From an uncultured Microthrixaceae bacterium (GTDB lineage: Bacteria; Actinomycetota; Acidimicrobiia; Acidimicrobiales; VFJN01): a stretch of DNA of 64,000 bases. Made by a program: the position numbers and the translations under genes. Positions within the stretch are counted from its first letter, which is position 1; each line of letters starts with the position of its first letter. The notes beneath the pieces are model-generated. The model was not told the origin of the DNA. It saw nothing but the letters and a program-made list of their open reading frames with translations, and searched no databases. The stretch is from contig CAWCGT010000002.1 of assembly GCA_963795165.1 (NCBI GenBank), forward strand, positions 269,000-332,999, read 5' to 3'. Of the stretch, positions 40,196 to 51,397 are shown piece after piece.

Positions 40196-41380
40196 GCGAG
40201 GACCGCCGTCGAGCTTGGCCGCCACGGCGGCGTCGAGGTCGGGCCGCAGGTGGCTGCGCCGGGAGCGCGTCGAACACCTCGGCGAAGAAGCCGGCCACGA
40301 TGAGCCGCTCGGCCACCACGGGTGGGCACGCCGCGGCTCTCGAGGTAGAAGCGCTGCTCCTCGTCGATCGGGCCCGACGGCCGAGGCGTGGCTGCAGTGC
40401 ACGTCGTTGTTCTCGATCTCGAGGTTGGGCACCGACTCGGCCCAGGCCTCCTCGGAGAGCTTGATGTTGCGGTTGGTCTGGAAGGCGTTGGTGCCCCGGG
40501 CCTCCTTGGCGCACCCGGATGAGGCCGGTGTAGACGGACCGGCGAGCGGTCGCTCGACCGCGCCCTTGAACAGCAGGTTGCTGGTGGTGTCGGGCGCCAC
40601 GTGCTCCTGGAAGGTGCGGTAGTCGAGCGTCTGGTCGCCGTCGCCGAAGTAGGCGGCCAGGAGGTCGCCGGTGGCGCCCGCGGCCCACGAGGCGGCAGTC
40701 GGTGCGCACCCGGGCGTAGTCGCCGCCGAAGCCGGCCAGGCCGGCGGTGACGGTGGCCTGGGCCTCGGCCGCCGAGCTCGAGGCGTGCCGATCGACCAGG
40801 CGGTCCGGTCGAGGTGCTGGACGCCGAGGTAGCCGACCCGGGCGGCGCCGTCGGCGTCGAGCTGGGCGGCGGGCAGCAGGAGCCCGGCACCACCACCGTC
40901 GAAGCACCTCGACCACCCGCACCTCGCTGTCGGCGCCGGCTCGCACCACCAGCATCGGCGCCGCCGCCGTCGCCGGCCTCCGGGCCGGCGTGGCGCACCA
41001 CGATCGGATCGGCCACGGTGACGCCCGCCGGCACGTCGACGACGATCGGATCCGCGGCGAGGGCGTGGTGCAGCCAGGTGAGGGCGTCGGCCGCCGTCGG
41101 GCAGGCTCGCCGAGCCGGCCGACGGCCGTCGTCGCCCACGCGCGACCCGGGCCCGGCCCAGCTCGCCGTGCTCGACGCGTGGACGCCACCGGCCGCCGGG
41201 GTGAAGGCGGTCGAGGTCGAGGTCGTCGATCGCGGCTGTAGCGCCACACCTCCTCCTCGGTGCCGGGCAGCGCCGCCCCGGCGAACCGCTCGGCCGCCTC
41301 GGCGCGCCGGCGGACCAGCCGGTCCGGGCCGGCCAGGCCAGCGATGGCGTCGGGGGAGAACGTGCTCAGGGGGACCTCAC
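40192..41380 (-). pseudogene. sufD: Fe-S cluster assembly protein SufD (frame-disrupted; both ends approximate)
   Basis: LSTFSPDAIAGLAGPDRLVRRRAEAAERFAGAALPGTEEEVWRYSR / ...PIVVDVPAGVTVADPIVV / NLLFKGAVE / KEARGTNAFQTNRNIKLSEEAWAESVPNLEIENNDVHCSHASAVGP / IDEEQRFYLESRGVP / AERLIVAGFFAEVFD. Confidence 0.7.
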
Positions 41381-41450
41381 TCGCGAAGCGGGGGCCGAAC
41401 CGGCCCCCGGAGCCTCCAGGCTACCGGCGTCGCTTCCGGCGATCCCAAGG

Positions 41451-41802
41451 TCAGCGCTTGCGGCGGAAGATCCTTCGCAGGCGGCCGCCTCCGCCCGCCT
41501 GCTCGGCCTGGACCTCGGCCAGGACCTGGGCGCCGACGGAGTTCAGGAAGTCCTCGGCCTCGTCGAGGACCGCTGCCACCGAGCCGTCGTCGCGGTCGAG
41601 GGCGTCGACCGGGCTCGTCGGGCGTGGGCGGCGTGACGAGCGTGCCGTGGCTCCAGTTCACGTCGGCCAGCCGCCGCGCGAACTTCGGGCAGTCGGCCGG
41701 GCAGCGCCACGGCGCCTCGGGGGCGAGGTCGAGATCGCACTTCCGGACCGTCTCGCCGTTCGGGTACGTGCGGCTCTCGAAGTACTTGCAGTCCTGGCGC
41801 AT
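41451..41802 (-). pseudogene. Small Cys-rich protein (~115 aa) encoded between sufB and sufD (one frameshift)
   Basis: ATG 41802: [64 protein letters not shown]. After a 1-nt shift it continues [52 protein letters not shown]. There are four Cys in the first 38 residues. Confidence 0.5.
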
Positions 41803-41873
41803 CGGCACGCACCCAGTTTGCACGCTGCGCAGCCGCCAGGCGGAGCAGCTCGAGGGCGACCTCGGTCGCTCGA

Positions 41874-43278
41874 CTAGCCGACGCTGCCCTCCATCTGGAG
41901 CTCGATCAGGCGGCGACCACTCGACGGCGTACTCCATCGGGAGCGTGCGGGTGACGGGCTCGATGAAGCCGTTGACGATCATGCCCATGGCCTGCTCCTC
42001 GGAGAGGCCGCGGCTCATCAGGTAGAAGAGCTGCTCGTCGGCGACCTTCGACACGGTGGCCTCGTGGCCGACGACGGCGTCGCGGGCACCCGACCTCCAT
42101 GTAGGGGTAGGTGTCGCTGATGGAGTCCTCGTCGAGGATGAGGGCGTCGCACTGCACGTGGCTCTTGCAGCCGTAGGCGTCGTCCTCGACGCGCACGAGG
42201 CCGCGGTAGCTGGTGCGGCCGCCGTCCTTGGAGATCGACTTCGACACGATCTTCGACGTGGTCTCCGGGGCGGCGTGGACCATCTTGGCGCCGGCGTCCT
42301 GGTGCTGGCCGGCGCCGGCGTAGGCCACCGAGAGCACCTCGCCGGAGGCCTTCGGGCCCACCATGTAGACGGCCGGGTACTTCATGGTGAGGCGGCTGCC
42401 GATGTTGCCGTCGATCCACTCCATGTGGCCCTCGGCCTCGACCCGGGCCCGCTTGGTGACCAGGTTGAAGACGTTGTTCGACCAGTTCTGGATGGTCGTG
42501 TAGGTGACCCGGGCGGACGGCTTCACGACGATCTCGACCACGGCCGAGTGCAGCGAGTCGGTGGTGTACACCGGCGCCGAGCAGCCCTCGATGTAGTGCA
42601 CCTGCGAGCCCTCGTCGGCGATGATCAGCGTGCGCTCGAACTGGCCCATGTTCTCCGCGTTGATGCGGAAGTAGGCCTGCAGCGGCATCTCGACCTCGAC
42701 GCCCGGGCGGCACGTAGATGAACGAGCCGCCCGACCACACGGAGGAGTTGAGGGCCGAGAACTTGTTGTCGTTGGCCGGGATGATCTTGCCCAAGTACTG
42801 CTTGACGAGCTCGGGGTACTCCTTCAGCGCGGTGTCCATGTCGCAGAAGATGACGCCCTGGCGCTCGAGGTCCTCGCGGTTGCGGTGGAACACGACCTCG
42901 GACTCGTACTGGGCGGTGACGCCGGCGAGGTACTTGCGCTCGGCCTCGGGGATGCCGAGCTTCTCGTAGGTGTTCTTGATGGCGTCGGGGAGCTCGTCCC
43001 ACTCGTCGACCACGCCGCCGGACGTGGGCTTGATGTAGTAGTAGATGTCGTCGAGGTAGATCTCCGACATGTCGCCGCCCCAGTTGGGCATCGGCCGCTT
43101 CTGGAAGGCCCGGTAGGACTTGAGGCGGAAGTCGAGCATCCAGTCGGGCTCGCCCTTCATCCAGCGACATCTCGCGGATGATGTCCTCGCTCAGGCCCTT
43201 CTTGGGCTTGAAGACGTAGTCCTCGGCGTCGCTCCAGCCGAGCTTGTACTTGGAGAGGTCGAGATCGGTGACTGCCAT
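41874..43278 (-). pseudogene. sufB: Fe-S cluster assembly protein SufB (at least 4 frameshifts)
   Basis: [38 protein letters not shown] / [34 protein letters not shown]...[16 protein letters not shown] / [55 protein letters not shown]...[25 protein letters not shown] / [46 protein letters not shown] / [12 protein letters not shown]. Confidence 0.9.
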
Positions 43279-43306
43279 CGAGCGACCCTTTCGGGGAGAC
43301 TGGGGA

Positions 43307-43326
43307 TTTCTCCTACGGCGATGGTA
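43307..43326 (-). promoter_or_regulatory. sufB upstream motif ttACCATCGCCGTAGGAg (minus-strand reading), sharing ACnATCGCCGTAG with 35738-35750
   Basis: Plus strand 43311-43326 reads tcctacggcgatggta. Its reverse complement is taccatcgccgtagga, 34 nt upstream of the sufB ATG (43278), in a locally AT-richer stretch. Confidence 0.3.
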
Positions 43327-45118
43327 ACAATTCGCCGGGCCGTCGATCCCACCTGACCAGGTGGCGAACAGGGCGGCGTAGCGATCGCCCTGGGCGAGGA
43401 GCTCGGCGTGGGTGCCGAGCTCCTGCAGGCGACCCTCGGCCACCACGCCCACCAGGTCGGCCCGCTCGGCGGTGGAGAGCCGGTGGGCGATGACGATCAC
43501 GGTGCGGCCCTCCATGAGCCGGGTCATGGCCTGCTCGACGACCACCTCGGTGCCGGGGTCGAGGCTGGAGGTGGCCTCGTCGAGCACCAGCACGGCGGGG
43601 TCGGCCAGCGCCGCCCGGGCCAGCGACACCAGCTGCTTCTCCCCCGCCGAGAGCCGGGAGCCCCGCTCGCGCACCTCGGTGTGCAGCCCCTCGGGGAGCA
43701 GCGCGAAGCGCTCCCGGACGCCGATGGCCTCGAGGGCCTCGAGCACCTCCTGCGTCGGTGGCGCCGGCCCGGGCCAGCCGGACGTTGTCGAGGATCGTGC
43801 CGTTGAAGAGGAACCCCTCCTGGGGCACGACGACGATCCGGCGCCGGAGGCGAGCGACGGTGGCGTCGCGCAGGTCGACCCCGGCGTAGCGCACCGCGCC
43901 CTCGGTGGGGTCGTAGAGGCGGGCGATGAGCTTGGCCAGGGTGGACTTGCCGGCGCCGGTCGGGCCCACCAGGGCGAGCCGGGCCCCCACGGGGATGTGG
44001 AGGTCGACGTCGCGCAGCACGGGGGCGCCCCCGGCGTAGGCGAAGGAGACGCCGCTCACCTCGATGTCGCCCCTGGCTGGGCAGGTCGACGGCCCCCGCG
44101 CGCTCGGGCACGTCGACGGCGGTGTCGAGCAGGCCGAACAGCTTGTTGAGGGCGGCCCCGGCCGACTGCACGATGTTGAAGAGCTGGGACAGCTGCTGGA
44201 TCGGCTCGAACAGGTTCGACAGGGTGAGCACGAAGAAGGTGACGGTGCCGATGGTGAGGGCGTCGGTGTGGACCCACCAGCCGCCGACGCCCACGGCGAT
44301 GGCGGTGGTGAGGAGGCCCGGCGAGCTCGATCACGGGCAGGTACCAGGCCGAGATCCGCACCGACCGCATGTGGGCGTCGAACAGGCGGCGGTTCCCGGT
44401 CTGGAAGCGGGCCGCCTCCACGTCCTCCCGGCCGAAGGCCTGCACGACCCGCACGCCGGCGATGCCCTCCTGGAGCTGGCGACAGGGTGTTGCCGATGCC
44501 GTCGCGCACGTCGAGGTAGGCCCGGTTGGAGTCGCGCTGGAACTTGATGCTGGCCAGCGACCACGAACGGCACGCACACCAGGCAGACCAGCAGCAGCTT
44601 CCACGACACCACCGCCAGCACCACCACCGACACGACCAGGAGCAGCCCGTTGCTGACGAACATGAGCAGGCCCATCTGCACGAGCTCCTGCAGGGAGTCG
44701 ACGTCGGAGGTCATCCGGGAGACGATCACGCCGGCCTTCTCCCGGTCGTAGAACGGCATCGACAGGCGCTGCAGGTGGTCGAACACCCGCACCCGCAGGT
44801 CGCGCAGGAACGACTCGCCGATCCGGCTGATGAGCAGCACCTGGAAGCGGTAGGCGACGTAGGACAGGATCGCCACCACGCACGTAGCCGATCACCGCGA
44901 CGTCGAGGGCGCCCGCGTCGCCGGCCTTGATGCCCTGGTCGATGCCGTGGCGGACCAGGAACGGGACCCGCCAGGGTGGTCGAGGTCCAGACCACCACCA
45001 TGACCAGCGCCACCGCGCACTGCCGCCGGTAGGGCCGCAGCATGCGGCCGGCCCGGCGCAGCATGTGCCGTGCCGCCTCGGCGTCGAGGCGGTCGTCCTC
45101 GTCGACGCCTCCCTGCAT
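43313..45118 (-). pseudogene. ABC exporter, fused permease/ATPase (type I, heterodimer partner 2; frame-disrupted; 3' end uncertain)
   Basis: MQGGVDEDDRLDAEAARHMLRRAGRMLRPYRRQCAVALVMVVVW / [56 protein letters not shown] / [24 protein letters not shown] (Walker A) / [32 protein letters not shown] (signature plus Walker B) / [12 protein letters not shown]. Confidence 0.75.
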
Positions 45119-45125
45119 CCACACG

Positions 45126-46903
45126 TCAGTCCACCGCCGTGGCTTGCTCGTTCGGCCGCCGCCAGCACCTCGCGGTACTCGGCGCTGGTCGCCAGCAGCG
45201 ACTCGTGGGTGCCGTCGGCGACGACCCGGCCGCCGTCGAGCAGCACCACCCGGTCGGCCAGGGCGATGGTGGCCGGCCGGTGGGCGATGACGATGGTGGT
45301 GCGGTCGCGCATCACCTCGGCCAGGGCGTCGCGGATCTCGTGCTCCTTGGTGGGGTCGACCGAGGAGGTGGCGTCGTCGAGGATGAGCACCCGGGGGTCG
45401 GCCAGGATGGCCCGGGCGATGGCGATGCGCTGGCGCTGCCCGCCCGAGAGGGAGAAGCCCCGCTCGCCGATCGCGTGTCGTAGCCCTCGGGCAGGGCCTC
45501 GATGAACTCGTGGGCGCCGGCCAGCCGGGCCGCCCGCGCGATGGCCTCCGGGCCGCGTCGGGGTCGGCGAAGGCGATGTTGGCGGCGATGCTGTCGGAGA
45601 AGAGGAAGGTGTCCTCGAACACGATGCCCACCGCCTTGCGCAGCTCGCGCAAGCCGCACGTCGCGGACGTCGACGCCGTCGACGACCACCCGCCCGTCGA
45701 CGACGTCGTAGAAGCGGGGGATCAGCCGGGCGACGGTGGTCTTGCCCGAGCCGGTGGCGCCGACCAGGGCCACCGACTGGCCCGCCGGCACGACGAGGTC
45801 GAAGCCGTCGAGCACCACCGGCAGCTCGGGGGCGTAGGCGAACCGGACGCTCGTCGAAGCGCACCTCGCCCCGACCCCTCGTCGTGGCGAGCGGGCAGGG
45901 GGCGTCCCGTGCGGCGCGTCGACGATGACCGGGGCGGTGGCCAGGACCTCGTGCACCCGCTCGGCGGCCGCCGCCGCCCGCTGGGCCTGGGCGATGATCA
46001 TGCCGAGCATCCGCAGCGGCCAGATCAGCATCACCACGTAGACGTTGAAGGCGACCAGCTCGCCGAGGGTGAGCTGGCCGTCGAGCACCTGGTGGCCGCC
46101 GTAGCCGAGGGTGGCGATCAGCCCGATGTTGGGCAGCAGCTCGAGGGCGGGCAGGAAGGTGGCCCGCACGCCGGCGGCCTCCATCGAGCGTCCGTACACG
46201 TCGTCGGCCTCCGCCCGCAGGCGGCCGGCCTGCACCGCCTCGGCGCCGAAGCCCTTGACCACCCGCACCCCGGCCACCGTCTCCTCGACCACCGCCGCCA
46301 GCTCGGCCGACTCCTGCTGGATGCCCATCGACGGCCGGGTGCAGGCGCCGCGAGAAGCGGGTGGCGAGGACGTTGAGGAACGGCAGGCTGCCGAGGGCGA
46401 GCAACGGTGAGGACCGGGTCGATGGCGAGCAGGATCACGGTGACGGCCAGCACGGTGACGCCGTTGGAGATGGTGAGCGGGATCATCACCACGAACGCCT
46501 GGATCTGCTGGAGGTCGGTGTTGGCCCGGCTCATCAGCTGCCCGGTCTGGGCCCGGTCGTGGAAGGCGAAGTGGAGGCGCTGGAGGTGGGCGAAGAGCCG
46601 CTCGCGCAGGTCGGTCTCGATCCACCGCGCCTCCCGGAAGGCCAGGTAGCGGCGGAGCCCGGTGAAGGTGCCCACCACCACCGCGGCGACGGCGATGACC
46701 ACCGCCCACCGGCGCAGGGCACCCATGTCGTCGGCCTCGATGCCCCGGTCGACGGCCCGCTGCACGAGGAGGCCCACGCTCACCTTCCCGGCGGTCCAGC
46801 CGAGGCCCACGAGGACCCCGAGGCCGATGCCGGCCCGCCGGGCGGCGCACGCCTCGCGGATCAGCCGCCAGCCCGTGCTGTCCTGCGTCGCCTCCGCTGC
46901 CAC
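45126..46903 (-). pseudogene. ABC exporter, fused permease/ATPase (type I, heterodimer partner 1; frame-disrupted)
   Basis: VAAEATQDSTGWRLIREACAARRAGIGLGVLVGLGWTAGKVSVGLLVQRAVDRGI...FAFHDRAQTGQLMSRANTDLQQIQAF / VALVGATGSGKTTVARLIPRFYD / FSLSGGQRQRIAIARAILADPRVLILDDATSSVD...TTIVIAHRPATI. GTG start at 46903. Confidence 0.75.
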
Positions 46904-46924
46904 CGTCGTGCGCCCCCGTTCCCC

Positions 46925-46940
46925 TTGACCCGCGGGTCAA
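46925..46940. promoter_or_regulatory. Perfect 16-bp palindrome TTGACCCGCGGGTCAA in the divergent promoter region
   Basis: Read directly at 46925-46940. It lies 22 nt upstream of the ABC exporter start (46903, minus) and 42 nt upstream of ATG 46982 (plus). Each half contains a TTGACC -35-like hexamer. Confidence 0.4.
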
Positions 46941-46981
46941 TCCTACTGGTGGGGGGCTACAGGTCATCCAGCGGGTTGCCG

Positions 46982-49397
46982 ATGAGGGAGGTCGAGGAGG
47001 AGACGGTGCGCTTCGACGAGCTGGTGCTCAAGATCCCAGGCGACGAGCTGCGGGTTCGCTTCCACCCGCGCCTGACGATCCTCAGCGGGCTTGAACCCCG
47101 AGGAGCGCCAGGCGCTCGCCGGGAGCATCGTCGGCGCCCTCATCGGCGGTGACGACGCCTCGTCGCTGCGCTACCTCGACGGCACCGGCCGCACCGTCAT
47201 CCTGACCAGCCGCGATGGCGGCCCGGCCATGGCCCGTCACGACGACGATGGATCACCCGCCCGCCCGCCGCTCGCCGCCCTCGGCCCATCCGCGGCGGCC
47301 GCCCGCTCCCTCGTGGTGGTCGGAGCCAACGACCTCGGCGTGCCCGTGCGCCCGGCCCGTGACGACGAACCCGCCGAGCTGCTCGAGGCGCGTGCCTCGC
47401 TGGCCGAGATCACCGAGGAGCTCGAAGCCGCCCGCGGGCTGGCCGATGCCGTCGCCGCCCTCCGAGCCGAGCTGGCCGAGGTCGACGCCCAGATCCGTCA
47501 CGTCCACGACCACGCTGCCCAGCGGGAGTACGCCAAGGTGCTGGCCCGCCTGGAGCGGGTCCGGGCGGAGGCGGCCACCCTGCGCTCTGGGCGGGCGGGC
47601 ATCGACGCCGACCGCCACCTGCTGGCCGGGGCCGCGACGGTGGAGGACCTGTCGCAGCGCTGGAGCGAGGCGGCGGAGGCCCTGGCCGAGACCAGGGCGG
47701 CCTTCGGTCCGGAGCGGCGGGTACCGTCGAACGAGCTCAAGGCCGCGGCCGAGGCTCCCGACGAGGTCCCCACCGAGCTCCCGGCCCTCGTCGAGACCCT
47801 TGCCGGGGCGGAGCGGCACCACGCCGAGCTCGACCACCGGCTCCAGGTGCTGTCCGTGGCCAAGCTGCCGGCGCCCTCCGACCTCGCAGTCGGGGAGCTC
47901 GGGCTGCTCGACCAGGGGTCGCTCTGGGCCGCCGCCGACCGGCTCCTCGCCGCTCGAGAGGATGTGCACCGCGTCCAGGTGTCGCTGGGTGGCCTGGGCG
48001 GGGAGGACGGCGACGCCGGACCGGCCGTCATCGAGGAGATGGAAGCCGCCCACCGTGCCCTCGACGACGCCGAGCGGGCGGCGGAGTCCGTCCGGATCCC
48101 GGGCGTGGCCGGGACGGCCCTGGGTGCAACCCTCACCCTGGCCGGGACCATCAGCGGCCCGTTGCTCATCCCGCTCGGCCTGCTCATCGCTGGGGTGGTC
48201 GGGACCGTCACGCTCCTCCTGCCCCGCAGTCGGGTGGCCAAGGCGGCCGCCGTCGAGCGAGTTGCCCTCGACCGGGCGGGCGCCCCCACCTACCTCGGCT
48301 TCCACCTCCGCCGTGTCGACGCCACCGTGGACCCGCACCTGCGCAGCGAGGTGGAGGCCGTGACGGCCGGGCACCGCGCCGCGGTGGTGGCGTGGATCGA
48401 GCTGGTGGGGCCCGAGCGTCGACGTCAGCCGGGCCAAGGAGCTCGAGGTCGAGGTCCGGGGCTACCACGACGCCCTCCGCAGCCTGGGTGGAGCCGCCGA
48501 CGAGATCGAGCACCTCCGTCGCGAGCTGGCCGAGTCGGCTGGTCCGGCCGTCGTCGCGGCGCGGGCCGCCGTGGCGTCGGCCGTCGAGCCGTTCGATCTG
48601 GGCGCCGACGACCTCGTCGACCCGGACGCCGTGCTGGACCTGGTCGGCCGATCGGTGCACCGCGGTCAGGTGGCTCGCGGCAGATCGACCTCGAGGCGGC
48701 GGAGGCCGCCGCGGAGCGAGCTGGCCGACCGACTCGGCCAGCAGCTGCCGGCAGCTGGGGTTCGATGCCGGCGAGATCGAGGCGCGAGTGGGCGCCTTGG
48801 CGTGGGCCGTGGGCCGAGCCCAGGAGCGCGAGGAGGCACGGGCCAACGCTCGGCCGTCGGCCGAGATCGAGGCCGAGCTGACCGAGCTGGAGGGTGTCGC
48901 CGCGGGCCTCCGCCAACCGGAGTGGTCAGAGGTGACGGCGGCCGACGCCAGCGAGCCCGACCTGACGGATCTGGAGGAGCGCCGGGCCCACCTGGTGCAG
49001 CGAGCGAGCGAGCCCGTCGGCGAGGTGGACGTCCCCCGCCTGGGCGACCGCCAGGCCGCCCTCGCCCGCCGGGTGACAGCCCTCGAGGCTGAGGTATGGC
49101 GGGGACGACGTCAGCGGCGACCCCGGCGCCCTGGCCGACATCCAGCAGCACCTCCTGGCCCACCTCACCAAGGCCGCCCAGGCCGGGCCGCAGGGGGACC
49201 CGGTTCCCGTGGTGCTCGACGAGGTGTTCCAGCGGGTGCCGGCCGAGCACAAGTGGGATCTCCTCGACCTCCTCTTCCGCCTGTCGGAGCGGCACCAGCT
49301 CGTCTATCTGAGCGACGACCCCTTCGTGGCCGCCTGGGCCCGGCAGTGCGCCGACGGCAGCGTGCTGCTCCTGGAGCCCGAGCCCGAGACCGTCTAG
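46982..49397 (+). pseudogene. YhaN/SbcC-like coiled-coil protein with central TM hairpin and degenerate Walker A (~800 aa; frame-disrupted)
   Basis: MREVEEETVRFDELVLKIPGDELRVRFHPRLTILSGL / NPEERQALAGSIVGAL (where GxNxxGKST would be expected). Long Ala/Glu/Arg-rich coiled-coil segments follow. TM hairpin: GTALGATLTLAGTISGPLLIPLGLLIAGVVGTVTLLLP. C-terminus: PVPVVLDEVFQRVPAEHKWDLLDLLFRLSERHQLVYLSDDP (Walker B/D-loop-like). Confidence 0.55.
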
Positions 49398-49400
49398 GTC

Positions 49401-49925
49401 TCAGCCGTCGAGGCGACGGAGCTGCTCGCGGTAGGTGCGGCCTCGTTCCCGGTAGACCTCCATGCCCCATGCGGATGTGGAGCTCCGGGTCGACCGCGTC
49501 GAGCTTGAGGGTGGCCGGCACCCCGAGGGCCATGGCCCGGCTCGGCACGACGAGCGAGCCGGGCACAAGAGCACCGGCGCCCACCAGGCCTCGTCCTCCA
49601 CCACCGCGCCGTTGAGCACGATGGCCCCGGAGCCCACGAGGGCCCCGTTGCCGATCTGCACCCCTCGAGGTGGACGAGGTGGCCGATCACGCACTCGTCG
49701 CCGATGCGGGTGGGGGTGATGGGGGTGGTGTGGATCACCGTCCCGTCCTGGATCGAGGTGCGGGCGCCGACGACGATGCCGCCTGGGTCGCCGCGGAGCA
49801 CGGCGCCGGGCCACACCGACGACTCGGCGCCGAGGGTGACCTCTCCGATGACCACCGCGTCGGGGTGGACGTAGGCAGTGGGGTCGATGGTGGGTTCGAC
49901 GCTCGCCCAGGGCGTAGATGGCCAT
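49401..49925 (-). pseudogene. Gamma-carbonic-anhydrase-like / hexapeptide-repeat (LbH) protein (frame-disrupted)
   Basis: MAIYALGE / VIGEVTLGAESSVWPGAVLRGDPGGIVVGARTSIQDGTVIHTTPITPTRIGDECVIGHLVHLEGC / QIGNGALVGSGAIVLNGAVVEDEA / ...MEVYRERGRTYREQLRRLDG*. Confidence 0.7.
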
Positions 49926-49933
49926 GCCGGGGC

Positions 49934-50427
49934 CTAGACCGCGAAGCGGCCGTAGCCGCCGCGGAAGAAGAGCAGCGGGGCGCCGTCGTGGCTCACGGCC
50001 AGGTCGCGCACCTGGCCCAGCACGCAGAAGTGGTCGCCGGCCTCCGTGACGGAGTCGATGTCGCAGTCGATCCACGCCAGCACGCCGTCGAGCAGCGGGG
50101 CGCCGGACCCGGCCGGACTCCACCCGAGGCCGGCGAACTTGTCGTCGCCCTTGGCGGCGAACCGGCGGCAGACCGCTTCCTGGTCCTCGGCGAGGATGTT
50201 CACGCAGAACGCTCCGGCCGCTTCGATCCGGGGCCACGACGAGGAGGACTTGTCAGGGAAGAAGGCGACGAGGGGCGGGTCGAGCGACACCGAGGCGAAG
50301 GAGCCCGACGGCCAGCCCGACGGGACCGTCGTCGGGGGCGGCGGTGACCACGGTGACGCCCGTCGGGAAGTGCCCCAGCACCTGGCGGAACCTGGCTGCG
50401 TCGAAGGGAGGGGGCTGCGTCGCTCAT
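49934..50427 (-). pseudogene. Flavin reductase-family protein (HpaC-like; frame-disrupted N-terminus)
   Basis: ORF 49934..50290 reads SLDPPLVAFFPDKSSSSWPRIEAAGAFCVNILAEDQEAVCRRFAAKG...FFRGGYGRF. The N-terminus MSDAAP.../FPTGVTVVTA is readable in shifted frames from ATG 50427. Confidence 0.7.
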
Positions 50428-50461
50428 CGGGCGGAACCTACCCGGTGGTCGCTCCGCCGTC

Positions 50462-51333
50462 TCAGCCGAAGGAGATCGACAGGCCCTCGTGGGCGGCCAC
50501 GACCTCGTCGATGCCCGAGCCCTGGGCGAGGCAGCGGGCATGGGCGAGGATCGAGTCGACCGCGTCGTCGTGGTGGGTCGGGTCGTGGTGGAACAGCGCC
50601 AGGCGCCGGGCGCCCGCCTCCTTGGCCACGTGCACGGCGTAGTCGACGGTGCAGTGGCCCCACGTCGACTTCTCCGGGAACTCCTCGACGGTGTACTGCG
50701 CGTCGTGGATCAGCAGGTCGACGCCGTCGCAGAGGTCGAGGACGGTGTCGCTCGACGGTGTGGCTGCCGTCGACGGGCATCTGGTGGTCGGACAGGTAGG
50801 CGATCGTGGCGCCGCCCATCTCGACCCGGTAGCCGTTGGTGAGGCCGACGTGGGGGACGGACCGCACCATGACCTTGGCCCCATCGAGCTCGAGGTCCTC
50901 GTCCCACACGTCGTGGAACCGGATGTCGCCGAGGAGGTCCGTGGTGGTCACCGGGAAGAACGGCGGGCGCATGAACTCGTTGAACGCGGCCCCGCCAGAC
51001 CGCCTTCGGCGGCCTGCGGCGGGCCGTACACGTCGAACCGGGCGCCGGGGCGCAGCACGGGCGTGAAGAACGGGAGGCCCTGCACGTGGTCCCAGTGGAT
51101 GTGGGTGACGAGGGCGGAGCCGACGAAGGGGACCGCCGGGTCGAAGGTCTCGCCCCAGAAGCGGAGGCCGGTGCCGAGGTCGAGGACGATGGGCGCGTGC
51201 CCGGGGGATTCGAGCGCGACGCAGAGGTGTTGCCCGCCGTACCGCCGGTTGGCGTCGCAGGGACACGGGGTGGAGCCCCGAACGCCGTAGAAGCTGACGT
51301 TGAGCAGGGTCTCCCGATCCCCCCGATGCGCAC
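50462..51333 (-). pseudogene. MBL-fold metallo-hydrolase (frame-disrupted; start approximate)
   Basis: LLNVSFYGVRGSTPCPC / ...THIHWDH-like segment in a shifted frame / FMRPPFFPVTTTDLLGDIRFHDVWDEDLELDGAKVMVRSVPHVGLTNGYRVEMGGATIAYLSDHQ / VLDLCDGVDLLIHDAQYTVEEFPEKSTWGHCTVDYAVHVAKEAGARRLALFHHDPTHHD. Confidence 0.65.
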
Positions 51334-51397
51334 GTTACCGGTGTGCCGCGCACGTGTGGGTGAACAGCAGGTTACACCTGACTAGGTTCCGTATCCC

